A stretch of 54,217 nucleotides of DNA from Candidatus Kaiserbacteria bacterium (lineage in GTDB: Bacteria; Patescibacteriota; Minisyncoccia; Phycocordibacterales; Phycocordibacteraceae). The notes under the pieces are model-generated. The model made no database searches. It was not told where the DNA came from and worked only from the letters and a program-made list of their open reading frames with translations. The stretch covers positions 1 through 54,217 of the forward strand of contig JARIGN010000002.1 of the NCBI GenBank assembly GCA_029288835.1, given 5' to 3'. Of this stretch, positions 40,270 to 49,879 are shown piece after piece. Position numbers and translations under genes: made by a program. The stretch's first letter is position 1; every line of letters begins with the position of its first letter.

Positions 40270-42564
40270 ATGCTTGTTTCTGATCCTCTTATTCTTCATT
40301 TCAAGCGGCTGCGCGCCGACCAAAAGGCGGCACTTTCAAAACTCGGCATAGAGACCGTGCGCGACCTTTTGTACCACTTCCCTGCGCGCTATGAGTCCGC
40401 GGGCCCGACCGGTACCATTGCAGGCGCGCAGGCCGGCAGCGACGTAACGCTTTATGGCACGATCCGCAAGCCCGAAACACGCAAAGCATGGAAGAGTCGC
40501 CGGCCGATAGCCGAAGCCTGGCTTGAAGACGCGAGCGGCAAGATAAAACTGATGTGGTTTAACCAACCCTATATCGCGAAGATGCTCGCGGACGGCATGG
40601 TGGTGCGCGCGACAGGCCGCATGGCAGGCACCGGTGCAAAAGTGTATTTGGCAAATCCTGAAATAGACCGGTCCCCTATTCCTCCGGAAGATGTGCATGA
40701 GAATCTTTTTTCGAATACCGTTTCTGAAAATACTGCGCCGTCCGCAGACTCAGCAAAAGTTTTTGCCGACCAGTCGCTCTTTGCAATTTATCCGGAGAGT
40801 AAGGGCATTTCGTCGCTCTGGTTTCTGCATGCGATGAAGCGACTCTTTGAAGCGCATGTACATGAGGATATTGCTGACCCAATTCCTGCAGACATTTTAG
40901 AAAAATATAATTTACCAAGCCTTTCGACCGCGCTCGTGTGGATGCATGCGCCGAAGAATTTGGAGAATGCCACTGCCGCACGAAAGCGGTTTGCCTTCGA
41001 AGAAGTGTTCATGCTGCAGCTTGCGCTCGCAGAGTCGCGCCGCGAAGCGGCGAGAGAGAAAGCATTGCCCGTTGCCGTCTCCGAAGAAGACCTCGCGCGC
41101 CTCACTGATTTCATCGACTCCTTTCCTTTTCCTCCAACCGCTGCACAAAAAAAAGCAATCCAGGAAATCATCACCGACTTTGGCAAATCCCAGCCAATGC
41201 GCCGCCTCCTCGAAGGTGACGTGGGCAGCGGCAAGACTGCCGTTGCAGCTGCGACCTCATACCTCGTCGCCACCTCACGCCCACCCAAGCGCTTAGCAAA
41301 CAAAAGTATCCGTCGATCAAGCCTTAAGGCGGACCTCACTCCCGAGGAACGAGCCGCGAGCGAAAACGAAACGAGCGGCGTGGGCAACTTGCAGGTTGCC
41401 TACATGTGCCCCACGGAAATTCTTGCAAAGCAGCACTTCGAGACCTTCGTTTCCTATTTCAAAGATCATCCTATACAAATCGGCCTCATCACGGGTAGCG
41501 AATGCCGGAAGTTTCCCTCGAAAGTAAATCGTGAGCTCTCGACAAAAATTTCAAAGGCGCAGTTCCGTAAGTGGGTAGCAAACGGTGAAATCCCTATCGT
41601 CATCGGCACCCACGCCCTCATCCAAAAGTCCCTTGAGTTTAAAACGCTTGCATACACGATCATCGACGAACAGCATCGTTTTGGAAAAGTGGCGCGCCAC
41701 ACGCTCGCGCAGAAAAACGGCCTCTCGCCACACCTTCTTTCCATGACCGCCACGCCAATTCCTCGCACACTCGCCCTCACCATCTATGGCGATCTCGACC
41801 TTTCCATTCTCGACCAAATGCCCGTGGGACGAAAACCGATCATCACGGAAATTCTTGGCCCTGAAAAACGCGAGCTCGCGTATGAGCGCGTGCGCGCGGA
41901 GCTAGCCGCAGGCCGCCAAGCCTATGTCATATGTCCGCGCATTGACGAGCCGGACCCAACCAAGGAGCTCGCCATACAGGCAAAATCCGTGAAGGCAGAA
42001 GCAGAGCGCCTCAAACGCGACGTATTTCCGGAAGCGACCATTGGCATTCTCCATAGCAAGATGACGCCGGCAGAAAAAGAGGGGGCGATGCAAGCGTTTG
42101 AAAAAAACGAGACGCAGATTTTAGTCGCGACCTCCGTCGTGGAAGTGGGCGTGAATGTGCCGAATGCGACCGTCATTTTAATAGAAGGTGCCGAACGCTT
42201 TGGCCTTTCGCAGCTCCATCAGCTGCGCGGCCGTGTCATCCGCTCCAATAACCAGGCGTATTGTTTTGTGCTTCCGGAAAAACTGGGTGAAGCAACGAAG
42301 GCCCGCCTCAAGGCGCTCGCTACGGCTAGGAACGGCTTCGAGCTTGCGGAAGCCGACCTCCTGAACCGCGGCGCCGGCCAATTCTACGGCTCGCGCCAGT
42401 GGGGTATCTCAGACATCACGATGGAAGCAATCAAAAACCTCAAGCTCGTCGAAGCAGCGCGCACCGAGTCAGCAAAAATTACTAAAGACGACCCGGCCCT
42501 CGCCAAGCATCCCCTCCTGCGCGACCTCCTCACCGGCAAAGAAGCAAAGATACATATTGAGTAG
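40270..42564 (+). CDS. recG: ATP-dependent DNA helicase RecG
   Basis: Wedge domain WFNQPY, EGDVGSGKT, PTEILA.QH, DEQHRFG, MTATPIPRTL, QLHQLRGRV. Confidence 0.97.
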   Translation: MLVSDPLILHFKRLRADQKAALSKLGIETVRDLLYHFPARYESAGPTGTIAGAQAGSDVTLYGTIRKPETRKAWKSRRPIAEAWLEDASGKIKLMWFNQPYIAKMLADGMVVRATGRMAGTGAKVYLANPEIDRSPIPPEDVHENLFSNTVSENTAPSADSAKVFADQSLFAIYPESKGISSLWFLHAMKRLFEAHVHEDIADPIPADILEKYNLPSLSTALVWMHAPKNLENATAARKRFAFEEVFMLQLALAESRREAAREKALPVAVSEEDLARLTDFIDSFPFPPTAAQKKAIQEIITDFGKSQPMRRLLEGDVGSGKTAVAAATSYLVATSRPPKRLANKSIRRSSLKADLTPEERAASENETSGVGNLQVAYMCPTEILAKQHFETFVSYFKDHPIQIGLITGSECRKFPSKVNRELSTKISKAQFRKWVANGEIPIVIGTHALIQKSLEFKTLAYTIIDEQHRFGKVARHTLAQKNGLSPHLLSMTATPIPRTLALTIYGDLDLSILDQMPVGRKPIITEILGPEKRELAYERVRAELAAGRQAYVICPRIDEPDPTKELAIQAKSVKAEAERLKRDVFPEATIGILHSKMTPAEKEGAMQAFEKNETQILVATSVVEVGVNVPNATVILIEGAERFGLSQLHQLRGRVIRSNNQAYCFVLPEKLGEATKARLKALATARNGFELAEADLLNRGAGQFYGSRQWGISDITMEAIKNLKLVEAARTESAKITKDDPALAKHPLLRDLLTGKEAKIHIE

Positions 42565-42622
42565 CTTTTAGTGCGCAAAATGATACAGTTTTCTCGACCA
42601 ATCCAAACCTCTGGAGGACGCA

Positions 42623-43495
42623 ATGGACTGGAGTTCTTTTTCACTCAGCAACGCCGCCGGGTTTATCAAGGGTCCGGGCAAGCAGTTCGACGAGATGCTG
42701 CGCTCTGCCGCTACGGAGATCGTGGTGGGTTCCATCACCATCGACCCCAAACCGGGTAATCCAGGAAATGTATATGATCTCCAGGATGACGGCACCAGCG
42801 TGAACGCGCTAGGCCTTCCGAATCCCGGCCTGGAATTTATCAAGGAACATATGCGCCACATGCATGAGCAGGCAGTACGCGCCGGGAAGAAGCTTTACTA
42901 CTCGGTCGCCGGCAAGAAGCCTGAAGAGTATGTGTTCCTCGCGAAGAGTCTATTGGCATGTAACGATCGCATCGAGCTGAACCTCGGCTGTCCGAACGTC
43001 TGGGGCGCAGGAAAACAAGAGCCGATCGCTTCCTTCAATCTCGAGATCATAACCGAAATTCTCGAGCAGCTGGAGCGGCAGCAGCTTCGTCAGCCCTTCA
43101 TCAGTGTGAAGCTCTCGCCTTACAGCGATCCGAACATGATTCCGATGGTCGCCGCAGTACTTCGGCGACATCACCACCTCGTGAAGCGAGTCGTTACCTG
43201 CAACACCTTCCCCAACGGTCGGGCTATGTCGGGTGGCAAACTCAAGACCGACATGCCCAAGGGCTATGGTGGTGTTGGGGGTAACGCCATGCACTCTATC
43301 GCGCTGGGTCAAGTTGCCCAATTCACGGAAGAGCTCCATGGTTCGGGGATTGAGGTCGTCGGTGTAGGCGGCATTAACAGTGGTGAACGCCTCAAGAACA
43401 TGCTGGGCGCAGGCGCGCGTAGTGCACAGATCGGCACCCACTATTACGAGCATGGGGCGCAGGTGTTCTCCGACATTTTGCAGGAAGCGGTGTAA
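42623..43495 (+). CDS. pyrD: Dihydroorotate dehydrogenase, class 1 (1A-like)
   Basis: NAAG, GNP, NALGLPNPG, ELNLGCPNV (catalytic Cys), VKLSP, NT, GGVGG, GVGGI; GGAGG SD. Confidence 0.9.
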   Translation: MDWSSFSLSNAAGFIKGPGKQFDEMLRSAATEIVVGSITIDPKPGNPGNVYDLQDDGTSVNALGLPNPGLEFIKEHMRHMHEQAVRAGKKLYYSVAGKKPEEYVFLAKSLLACNDRIELNLGCPNVWGAGKQEPIASFNLEIITEILEQLERQQLRQPFISVKLSPYSDPNMIPMVAAVLRRHHHLVKRVVTCNTFPNGRAMSGGKLKTDMPKGYGGVGGNAMHSIALGQVAQFTEELHGSGIEVVGVGGINSGERLKNMLGAGARSAQIGTHYYEHGAQVFSDILQEAV

Positions 43496-43519
43496 ACACA
43501 TCTTCCTTACTTATGACTT

Positions 43520-43552
43520 ATAGGCGACCCAAGCGGGTCGCCTATTTCTTTT
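43520..43552 (+). terminator. Rho-independent terminator after pyrD
   Basis: ATAGGCGACCC-AAGC-GGGTCGCCTAT followed by TTCTTTT. Confidence 0.8.
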
Positions 43553-43642
43553 GTAGTTTGTTCGCTTTACCCCAGCAATATGCTACAGTCCTTGCGGAAG
43601 GTGTATGAGAACCTTCAAAACCTTTAACAGCGGAGGTGCCAT

Positions 43643-44806
43643 ATGGCATACGCCTTAGATTGCGGAAATCCCCCTTTTATGCCGAGCTGGGCCATGGAAG
43701 GCTACAATTCCAGGCTTCAAGGGTGGGTACTCCCCCGCCCAATCAATCCTCACGCACATTTTCGGTGCCCGCAGACCCAACGTGAGATGTTTGATCTCGT
43801 CGTCCCCGAAACGGCGAAGATCTATCGATGGGCGACTGCGATGCCGAATCTACAAAAGCATCGCATCAAGACACCAGCCCAAGCGTTCGAGTACAGACGA
43901 CTCATCCAGGAGTGTGGGAAACCGCACAATCCTCGCTTCGACGTCACGGTTCCGTTCTACATCGAAGCGGATCTTGATCCGCTAGTCGTGGAGGACGGCT
44001 TTCATCTCAACGCATGGGTTGCGGGGAAGCTCTACCCCAAGAACGGCACCACGAACAGCGCAGAGGGCGTAGACTTCCGAAACATCAGTGGCCTTTGGCC
44101 ACTGTTCTCTCGCATGCAGAGACTTGGCGCATTGCTCCTCGTCCACGGCGAAGTGGTTACGTTTGAAGACGGTCGTCTTGTGCCTGATCGAGATCGTGAG
44201 ACTCTCGCTATCTCAGTCGTCCAAGAGATTCTCGAGGCGTTCCCACGACTCAAGGTTGTCTTCGAGCATATCTCTTCCAAGGCTACCGTCGAGGCGGTCA
44301 TTCGCTGGCAAGACCATGGGTACGCCGTTGAAGCCACGATTGCGCCCCAGTATCTGCTCTGGAATAGTACTGTTCTTTTCCAAGGCGGCATGAACCCCAT
44401 CAACTTCTCAATTCCGATTCTCAAGGACGAAGAGGATCGACTCGCCATTCTCGACTTCATGCTGAATGGGCGCGGAATGCTGGGCACGGACACTGCCCCG
44501 CACGACATCACCAGGAAAAGCCAGCACATCGGTTGCCCTGGTGGAGTCTTCAACGAGCCTGTCGGCCTGTTCGTCTACTTCCATATGTTCCGGAGGTATG
44601 GCGGTGAAGGATGGTTCAACCGGTTTCGGGAGTTCGCGTGCTATCGAGCTGCTAAGTTTTATGGACTACCCTCAGCTTCTCCTACGGATCGAGTACTGAT
44701 CACGGATGGGGAAACGGTCATTCCGGAACTCTACACCAATGGCACTACGCGCGTGGTGCCCATGTTCGCCGGTATGGTCGTGCCGTACGGTTTCAAGGCA
44801 CTTTAG
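43643..44806 (+). CDS. pyrC: Dihydroorotase, E. coli-type (class II)
   Basis: HAHFR, AMPNL, KLYP..TTNS, LLVHGEV, VFEHI, LGTDTAPH, GCPGG; GGAGG SD. Confidence 0.92.
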   Translation: MAYALDCGNPPFMPSWAMEGYNSRLQGWVLPRPINPHAHFRCPQTQREMFDLVVPETAKIYRWATAMPNLQKHRIKTPAQAFEYRRLIQECGKPHNPRFDVTVPFYIEADLDPLVVEDGFHLNAWVAGKLYPKNGTTNSAEGVDFRNISGLWPLFSRMQRLGALLLVHGEVVTFEDGRLVPDRDRETLAISVVQEILEAFPRLKVVFEHISSKATVEAVIRWQDHGYAVEATIAPQYLLWNSTVLFQGGMNPINFSIPILKDEEDRLAILDFMLNGRGMLGTDTAPHDITRKSQHIGCPGGVFNEPVGLFVYFHMFRRYGGEGWFNRFREFACYRAAKFYGLPSASPTDRVLITDGETVIPELYTNGTTRVVPMFAGMVVPYGFKAL

Positions 44807-44845
44807 CCTGGTGGCGGAGTAATAGCCGCTAACCATCTGTGAACG

Positions 44846-44875
44846 CCGCGCGGCCCTGCCGCGCGGTTTTTCTTT
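44846..44875 (+). terminator. Rho-independent terminator after pyrC
   Basis: CCGCGCGGC-CCT-GCCGCGCGG followed by TTTTTCTTT. Confidence 0.8.
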
Positions 44876-44924
44876 AGGTTTTCTTTACGCCTCCGCGCAT
44901 TCACGATATGGTAGAAAAAAGTTC

Positions 44925-45869
44925 ATGAAGAAATTGTCGAAAGAGAAAATACTAAAAATCGCAAAGCTTGTCTGGCAGATTCTGGTGTATGTCTTTGCAG
45001 CGATCGGTTTCGTGCTTGTGGTTGCCTATTTCGCCGTGCGCTTTGGCTTCACCAACGTCACCGGCATCATAGACCAGCAGCGGCAGTCGTTTCTAGGAAA
45101 TGCGAGCTCTACCCTCGCTTCAAACGTCGCAAATGAAGCACCCGAATACCCTAAGGGCACCCCGTGGCAAAACACCGAGGAATGGCAGGTACTTTCTGAG
45201 GCTATTATTAAGGATGCGCCGGTGATAGACCGCGCTGCGTCAGCAGCAGGAGTGTCGCCCCGGCTTATTGTCGCGGACCTAGTCGTCGAGCAGCTTCGCC
45301 TCTTTTTCACTGAGCGTGCGTTCTATAAGCAGTTTTTTGCACCGCTCCAAATTTTGGGCTCGCAAACCCAATTCTCGTGGGGCGTGATGGGCATGAAAGA
45401 AGACACTGCGGTACAGGTTGAAAATAACTTGAAAAATCCTTCATCTCCATTTTATCCTGGGCCGCAATACGAGCACCTCCTCGATTTCCCCGGCACAGGC
45501 CCTTCTCAAACCACGCCCTTTGGCACACCAACCGCTTCCTCTACCCAGGCTATCGCCGCTTCAAGCACTATCCAGCAGGAACGCTTCACCCGCATGACCG
45601 ACCAGCACAACCACTACTACAATTACCTCTACGCTGCACTTTACATAAAAGAGATCGAGACCCAGTGGCAGAATGCCGGCTTCCCCATTACCAGCCGCCC
45701 CGATGTCATCTCAACGCTCTATAACATTGGCTTTGAGCACTCTACCCCTAATGCCAACCCGCAAGTCGGCGGCGCGGCAATCGTAATCAACGGCGTCACC
45801 TATAGCTTCGGCGGTCTCGCTCAGCAGTTTTATTCTTCAAATCTCCTCACGAATCTCTTTCCTCAGTAA
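44925..45869 (+). CDS. Membrane-anchored hypothetical protein, possibly lysozyme/lytic-transglycosylase-like
   Basis: N-terminal TM; 'LVVEQLR', 'SWGVMGM', 'YAALYI', 'STLYNIG' echo SLT motifs. Confidence 0.55.
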   Translation: MKKLSKEKILKIAKLVWQILVYVFAAIGFVLVVAYFAVRFGFTNVTGIIDQQRQSFLGNASSTLASNVANEAPEYPKGTPWQNTEEWQVLSEAIIKDAPVIDRAASAAGVSPRLIVADLVVEQLRLFFTERAFYKQFFAPLQILGSQTQFSWGVMGMKEDTAVQVENNLKNPSSPFYPGPQYEHLLDFPGTGPSQTTPFGTPTASSTQAIAASSTIQQERFTRMTDQHNHYYNYLYAALYIKEIETQWQNAGFPITSRPDVISTLYNIGFEHSTPNANPQVGGAAIVINGVTYSFGGLAQQFYSSNLLTNLFPQ

Positions 45870-45882
45870 GGAAACGAATGTA

Positions 45883-45911
45883 TTGACGTTGTATATACAA
45901 AGAAATATACT
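45883..45911 (+). promoter_or_regulatory. dinJ-yafQ promoter with palindromic operator
   Basis: TTGACG, 17-nt spacer, TATACT; perfect palindrome TTGTATATACAA (45889-45900) in the spacer; ATG 6 nt after the -10. Confidence 0.8.
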
Positions 45912-45917
45912 AAATAG

Positions 45918-46175
45918 ATGGATACCGTAATAAATATTCGTACACAAAAGAAAGTGCGAGATGAAGCACGAAAAGTATTTGCCCAAATGGGTCTCACCAC
46001 TTCTGCAGGCATAAACCTTTTTTTACAACAAGTAATAGCCGAAAAAGGACTTCCATTCACTCCTACCCGTAATCCCGAAAAGCTTCGCAAAGCATGGGAT
46101 ACAGAAGTTTCTGCTGCCCTTCGTTCAAACAAGCCTTCTAGAGATGCAAAAGAACTGCTTACTAAATTAAAATAA
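45918..46175 (+). CDS. dinJ: RelB/DinJ-family antitoxin
   Basis: INIR...VRDEARKVFAQMGLTTSAGINLFLQQVIAEKGLPF. Confidence 0.92.
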   Translation: MDTVINIRTQKKVRDEARKVFAQMGLTTSAGINLFLQQVIAEKGLPFTPTRNPEKLRKAWDTEVSAALRSNKPSRDAKELLTKLK

Positions 46176-46462
46176 TGTATAAAATCTTCGAAACGAAGAG
46201 ATTCAAGAAATCCTATCGCCGCCTCCAATCCTCAGGAACAGTAAGTACACAAACCAAAGCTCGACTCGCAGAAATAATTGATACCTTAGCCGCAGGCAAA
46301 ACTCTAGCCTCCTCTTTTCGCGATCATGCTTTAAAGGGCGCTTTGTCGGGCTATCGAGAATGCCATATACGTGGAGATCTACTAATGGTCTATACCTTTA
46401 TTGAAGAGAAACTAGTGTTGGTGCTCGTGGATGTAGGAAGCCATTCTTATTTAAACTTGTAA
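46175..46462 (+). CDS. yafQ: YafQ-family mRNA interferase toxin
   Basis: TKRFKKSY, RDHALKG....YRECHI.GDLL.VY, GSHS; TAATG overlap with the antitoxin. Confidence 0.93.
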   Translation: MYKIFETKRFKKSYRRLQSSGTVSTQTKARLAEIIDTLAAGKTLASSFRDHALKGALSGYRECHIRGDLLMVYTFIEEKLVLVLVDVGSHSYLNL

Positions 46463-46500
46463 ATTGAAGATGGCGTGGAGGTGCGGTAAGCTGAATGAAC

Positions 46501-46574
46501 CCATCCTTAGCTCAGTTGGTTAGAGCTCCGAGCTTATACCTCGGCGGTCCCTGGTTCGAGTCCAGGAGGATGGA
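46501..46574 (+). tRNA. tRNA-Ile(TAT)
   Basis: CCATCCT-TA-GCTC-AGTTGGTTA-GAGC-T-CCGAG-CTTATAC-CTCGG-CGGTC-CCTGG-TTCGAGT-CCAGG-AGGATGG-A; CCA not encoded. Confidence 0.92.
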
Positions 46575-46622
46575 CTAAAGTGTGCTATTGTAGCGATGGA
46601 TGTTGCCGGCAAGGAGGCCAGC

Positions 46623-46793
46623 ATGGAAAACACAGACGAAGATGCATACTGGAATGCCTATGCTTTAGCTGCAGCGGCGGCCCTGGTTTTGTGGCCCTTC
46701 TATTACCTGGGCGATACGTTGGTTCAAGTATATCGGTACCGGGTGCCCACGCACTGGAGGGTGCGCCTAAAAAGGATTACCCGGCTTTTTTAA
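46623..46793 (+). CDS. Small hypothetical membrane protein (56 aa)
   Basis: AAGGAGG SD before ATG; one hydrophobic stretch and a basic tail. Confidence 0.5.
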   Translation: MENTDEDAYWNAYALAAAAALVLWPFYYLGDTLVQVYRYRVPTHWRVRLKRITRLF

Positions 46794-46810
46794 CGACGAG
46801 GGAGGACTCA

Positions 46811-47119
46811 ATGCCGTGGAAGTGGCTAACCCCATTCCTCATCCTCATGGCACTTATCCAGAAAGGATGGGGGTTCCTACAAGGACCTCGCACGGAGCAC
46901 CGACACCGCTTCATGATACTGTGGCGTTTCGCGGTCTTAGCCTGGGTCGCAGTGGTGATGCTTTGGTGCATGATGCCTATGCTTCATCGCTCTGTCGCTG
47001 CCAGAACTGTTCTGGTGCTCGCAACACTAGTGGGTATCGTCATTCTCGTTCTCTATATCAGCGAGAAAGTACATCGGACTCGTCACCCACAACACAGGTT
47101 TCGTGCTCATGCGTCATAA
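46811..47119 (+). CDS. Small hypothetical membrane protein (102 aa)
   Basis: GGAGG SD before ATG; two or three TM segments with His/Arg-rich loops; terminator follows. Confidence 0.55.
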   Translation: MPWKWLTPFLILMALIQKGWGFLQGPRTEHRHRFMILWRFAVLAWVAVVMLWCMMPMLHRSVAARTVLVLATLVGIVILVLYISEKVHRTRHPQHRFRAHAS

Positions 47120-47123
47120 CAAT

Positions 47124-47160
47124 AGGTGCCAGATTCTAACGGATCCGGCACCTTTTCTTT
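47124..47160 (+). terminator. Terminator hairpin between the small-ORF pair and the ftsH 3' end
   Basis: AGGTGCC.GATT...GGATC.GGCACCT followed by TTTCTTT. Confidence 0.65.
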
Positions 47161-47183
47161 ATATTCTTGAATCTACTCTACCC

Positions 47184-49163
47184 TTACCCCACCACCGTCG
47201 TTGCGTCGGTATAGTCTTCCTTTTTCTTTGGCGTGATGCCGTGCACGATGAGGATCTTTTCAAAGTCCTCGCGCTCAAGCGTTTCTACATCCACAAGCGT
47301 GTCCGCGATAGCGTCAAGCGCTGCGCGATGCGTAGTGATGACTTCCGTTGCCTTGTTCTTCCCTTCTTCGATCATGCGACCCACTTCAGCGTCCATGCGC
47401 GCCGCGAGGTCTTGAGAATATTCCGGACCAAAGCCTCCGCGGTCTGAAGCGAAAGCAGCTGGGCCGATTGCGTCGCTCATGCCGTAGCGCGAGACCATAT
47501 TCTTTGCGAGGTTCGTCGCGACAGAAAGGTCATTTGATGGGCCTGTTGTGACATCATTAAAGATGAGCATCTCCGCTGCATAGCCACCGAGCATCGTGGC
47601 AATGTCGTCGATGAACTCTTTTTTAGAAGGCATCTTTTTGTCTTCGAACGGAAGCTTGAGGGTGTACCCGCCGGCACTTCCTCGGCTAATAATGGAGACC
47701 TTGTGGACAGGGTCAGCGTTTGGAAGCACGGAAGCGACGAGTGCATGTCCGGCTTCGTGGTATGCGGTGACTCGCTTTTCCTTTTTAGAGAGCAAATGGC
47801 TTTTTCGCTCAGGACCAAGCATTACTTTTTCAATAGAACGTATCAAATCAAACTGCGTGATCTCTTTACGGTTTTCACGCGCTGCCAAAATAGCGGCTTC
47901 GTTCATGAGTGAATAGAGCTCGGCACCCGAGAACCCAGGCGTGCGCTCCGCGATAAGCGGGAAGTTTACATCCGGACCAAACGGCTTCTTGCGTGCATGC
48001 ACAGAAAGAATTTCCTCGCGGTCTTTTCGGTCTGGAAGGTCGATGGTTACGCGACGGTCAAAACGACCCGGGCGCAAAAGTGCAGGGTCCAGCACGTCGG
48101 GGCGGTTCGTTGCAGCCATGACGATAACCTTTTCCGTTGGCTCGAAGCCGTCCATCTCGACGAGTATCTGGTTCAAGGTTTGCTCGCGCTCGTCGTTTCC
48201 GCCTCCAACGCCGCTTCCGCGTGCGCGACCGACGGCGTCGATTTCATCCACGAAAATAATGCTCGGCGCCGAGCGCTTCGCCATTTGGAAAAGGTCACGG
48301 ACGCGCGAGGCACCGACACCCACGAACATCTCAACGAACTCGGAGCCGGAAATAGAATAGAACGGCACCGATGCTTCGCCGGCGACGGCGCGCGCGAGGA
48401 GCGTCTTTCCGGTACCGGGAGCACCCATGAGCAAAATACCCTTTGGAATGCGCGCGCCAATATCCAGGAACTTCTTCGGATTTTTCAAGAAGTCCACAAT
48501 CTCCACCAGCTCCTCTTTCGCTTCCTTCGCACCCGCCACATCCGCAAACGTCACGCGAGAGTTCGTGTCCGCAGGATCAATCATGCGTGCCTTTGATTGC
48601 CCAAAGGTGAAGGCTTGCATGCCGGCACCACGCACTTGCCGCGCCAGGAACCAAAAGAGTACCGCAAGAAGCAAGGCAGGAATCAGAATCGGCGCGAGGG
48701 TAAAGAACCAATACGAAAAGCCGGTGTTCGTCGCGATTGTCATGTTCACCGCAGAGAGCTGCACAGGAGTCACGCCATACGGCACGAGCTGCTCCGGAAG
48801 GCTCGTGTTCGGGTCCTTCATCGAGGTCTTTTGCGTGCCATTCGTGTAGGTGACGATGAGGTCACTGTCGGTTATCTTCACTGAAGACACCTGGCCGCTC
48901 TTAATGTCATTCGCGAGCTGCGAAAGCGGAATGACCGGCTTCGCTTTTACGTCAGTTGCCACGAGCGTGTACGCGCTCATCAAAAGCAAAAAGATAATGA
49001 CGATGGTGATGAAGTTACTGGTGAAGCCTCCGCCGCCCGAGAGGAAACCGCCGCCCTTCCCTCCTGGCTTTCCGGCCGAGCCCTTGCCGCCCGATGTCTG
49101 GTTGCCGTTTCGGTTGCCCCCTTTCTTTAACAGATTTTTAGGATTTCTTTGAGTAGGAGCCAT
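47184..49163 (-). CDS. ftsH: ATP-dependent zinc metalloprotease FtsH
   Basis: Two TMs, [41 protein letters not shown]. Confidence 0.97.
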   Translation of the reverse strand: MAPTQRNPKNLLKKGGNRNGNQTSGGKGSAGKPGGKGGGFLSGGGGFTSNFITIVIIFLLLMSAYTLVATDVKAKPVIPLSQLANDIKSGQVSSVKITDSDLIVTYTNGTQKTSMKDPNTSLPEQLVPYGVTPVQLSAVNMTIATNTGFSYWFFTLAPILIPALLLAVLFWFLARQVRGAGMQAFTFGQSKARMIDPADTNSRVTFADVAGAKEAKEELVEIVDFLKNPKKFLDIGARIPKGILLMGAPGTGKTLLARAVAGEASVPFYSISGSEFVEMFVGVGASRVRDLFQMAKRSAPSIIFVDEIDAVGRARGSGVGGGNDEREQTLNQILVEMDGFEPTEKVIVMAATNRPDVLDPALLRPGRFDRRVTIDLPDRKDREEILSVHARKKPFGPDVNFPLIAERTPGFSGAELYSLMNEAAILAARENRKEITQFDLIRSIEKVMLGPERKSHLLSKKEKRVTAYHEAGHALVASVLPNADPVHKVSIISRGSAGGYTLKLPFEDKKMPSKKEFIDDIATMLGGYAAEMLIFNDVTTGPSNDLSVATNLAKNMVSRYGMSDAIGPAAFASDRGGFGPEYSQDLAARMDAEVGRMIEEGKNKATEVITTHRAALDAIADTLVDVETLEREDFEKILIVHGITPKKKEDYTDATTVVG

Positions 49164-49258
49164 GTGCGTTGCAGTATACAATAAGAGTTATCAGTATGAA
49201 AATAATGAGGTTAAGGGTTAATGAAGAGTAAGAAAGAAAGCGCCGACGCGTCACTACT

Positions 49259-49738
49259 ATGGCTACCCTATTAGAAAATAAAAGAGTACACCTGCGCTTT
49301 GCCGTCCTTGAAACCTTCCAGGCTGGGATGGTGCTTTCCGGCAGCGAAACGAAGTCGCTTCGTGCAAAACTGGGCAGCCTGGATGGCTCGCGCATCTTGG
49401 TGCGCGGCGGCGAGGCCTATTTAGTGGGTGCCACAATCCCGCCATACCAGCCTCTCAACCTTTCCGGCACACGCAGCACGAGCACTAAAGCTTATGATCC
49501 GGAGCAGCCGCGAAAATTGCTTCTCAATAAAAAAGAACTCGCGGAAATTGAAGCCGCAGAATCACGCAAAGGCTTGACAATAGTGCCAATTGAAGTGTAT
49601 AATGCAGGACGGTACCTGAAGCTGCGTATTGCCATCGTGCGTGGGAAAGGCAAAGCAGATAAACGCGAAGACTTGAAGAAGCGTGACGCGGAGCGAGAGA
49701 TCGCTCGAGCAGTACGAACACGACCGCAGCACATATAA
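49259..49738 (+). CDS. smpB: SsrA-binding protein
   Basis: ENK, AGMVLSGSETKSLR, RKLLLNKKE, GKGKADKREDLKKRD; adjacent to ssrA. Confidence 0.96.
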   Translation: MATLLENKRVHLRFAVLETFQAGMVLSGSETKSLRAKLGSLDGSRILVRGGEAYLVGATIPPYQPLNLSGTRSTSTKAYDPEQPRKLLLNKKELAEIEAAESRKGLTIVPIEVYNAGRYLKLRIAIVRGKGKADKREDLKKRDAEREIARAVRTRPQHI

Positions 49739-49879
49739 ACTACATGAGTGTGCGCTCCGGGCCGCTTGGCCAAGTCTTACAGACTCATGTAGTTTATCTG
49801 CGCTGCTTCCCCGCTTCAACTAATCGATCATTCACGGATTCGACCTATCTCACACAAACGAATGAGATGGATCAAGCCC

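Noticed and set aside
41275-41390. Insertions in RecG (also GatA, LigA and the FtsH N-terminus) as inteins
   Set aside because: Short low-complexity loops without intein terminal motifs.
43585-43617. AGTCC...AGGT and a small hairpin before pyrC as a PyrR attenuator
   Set aside because: Weak match to the PyrR loop, overlaps the predicted -10, and no terminator/antiterminator pair before the start.
45860-46500. Attachment sites or a prophage around dinJ-yafQ and the tRNAs
   Set aside because: No convincing flanking direct repeat, duplicated tRNA 3' end, integrase or phage gene seen.
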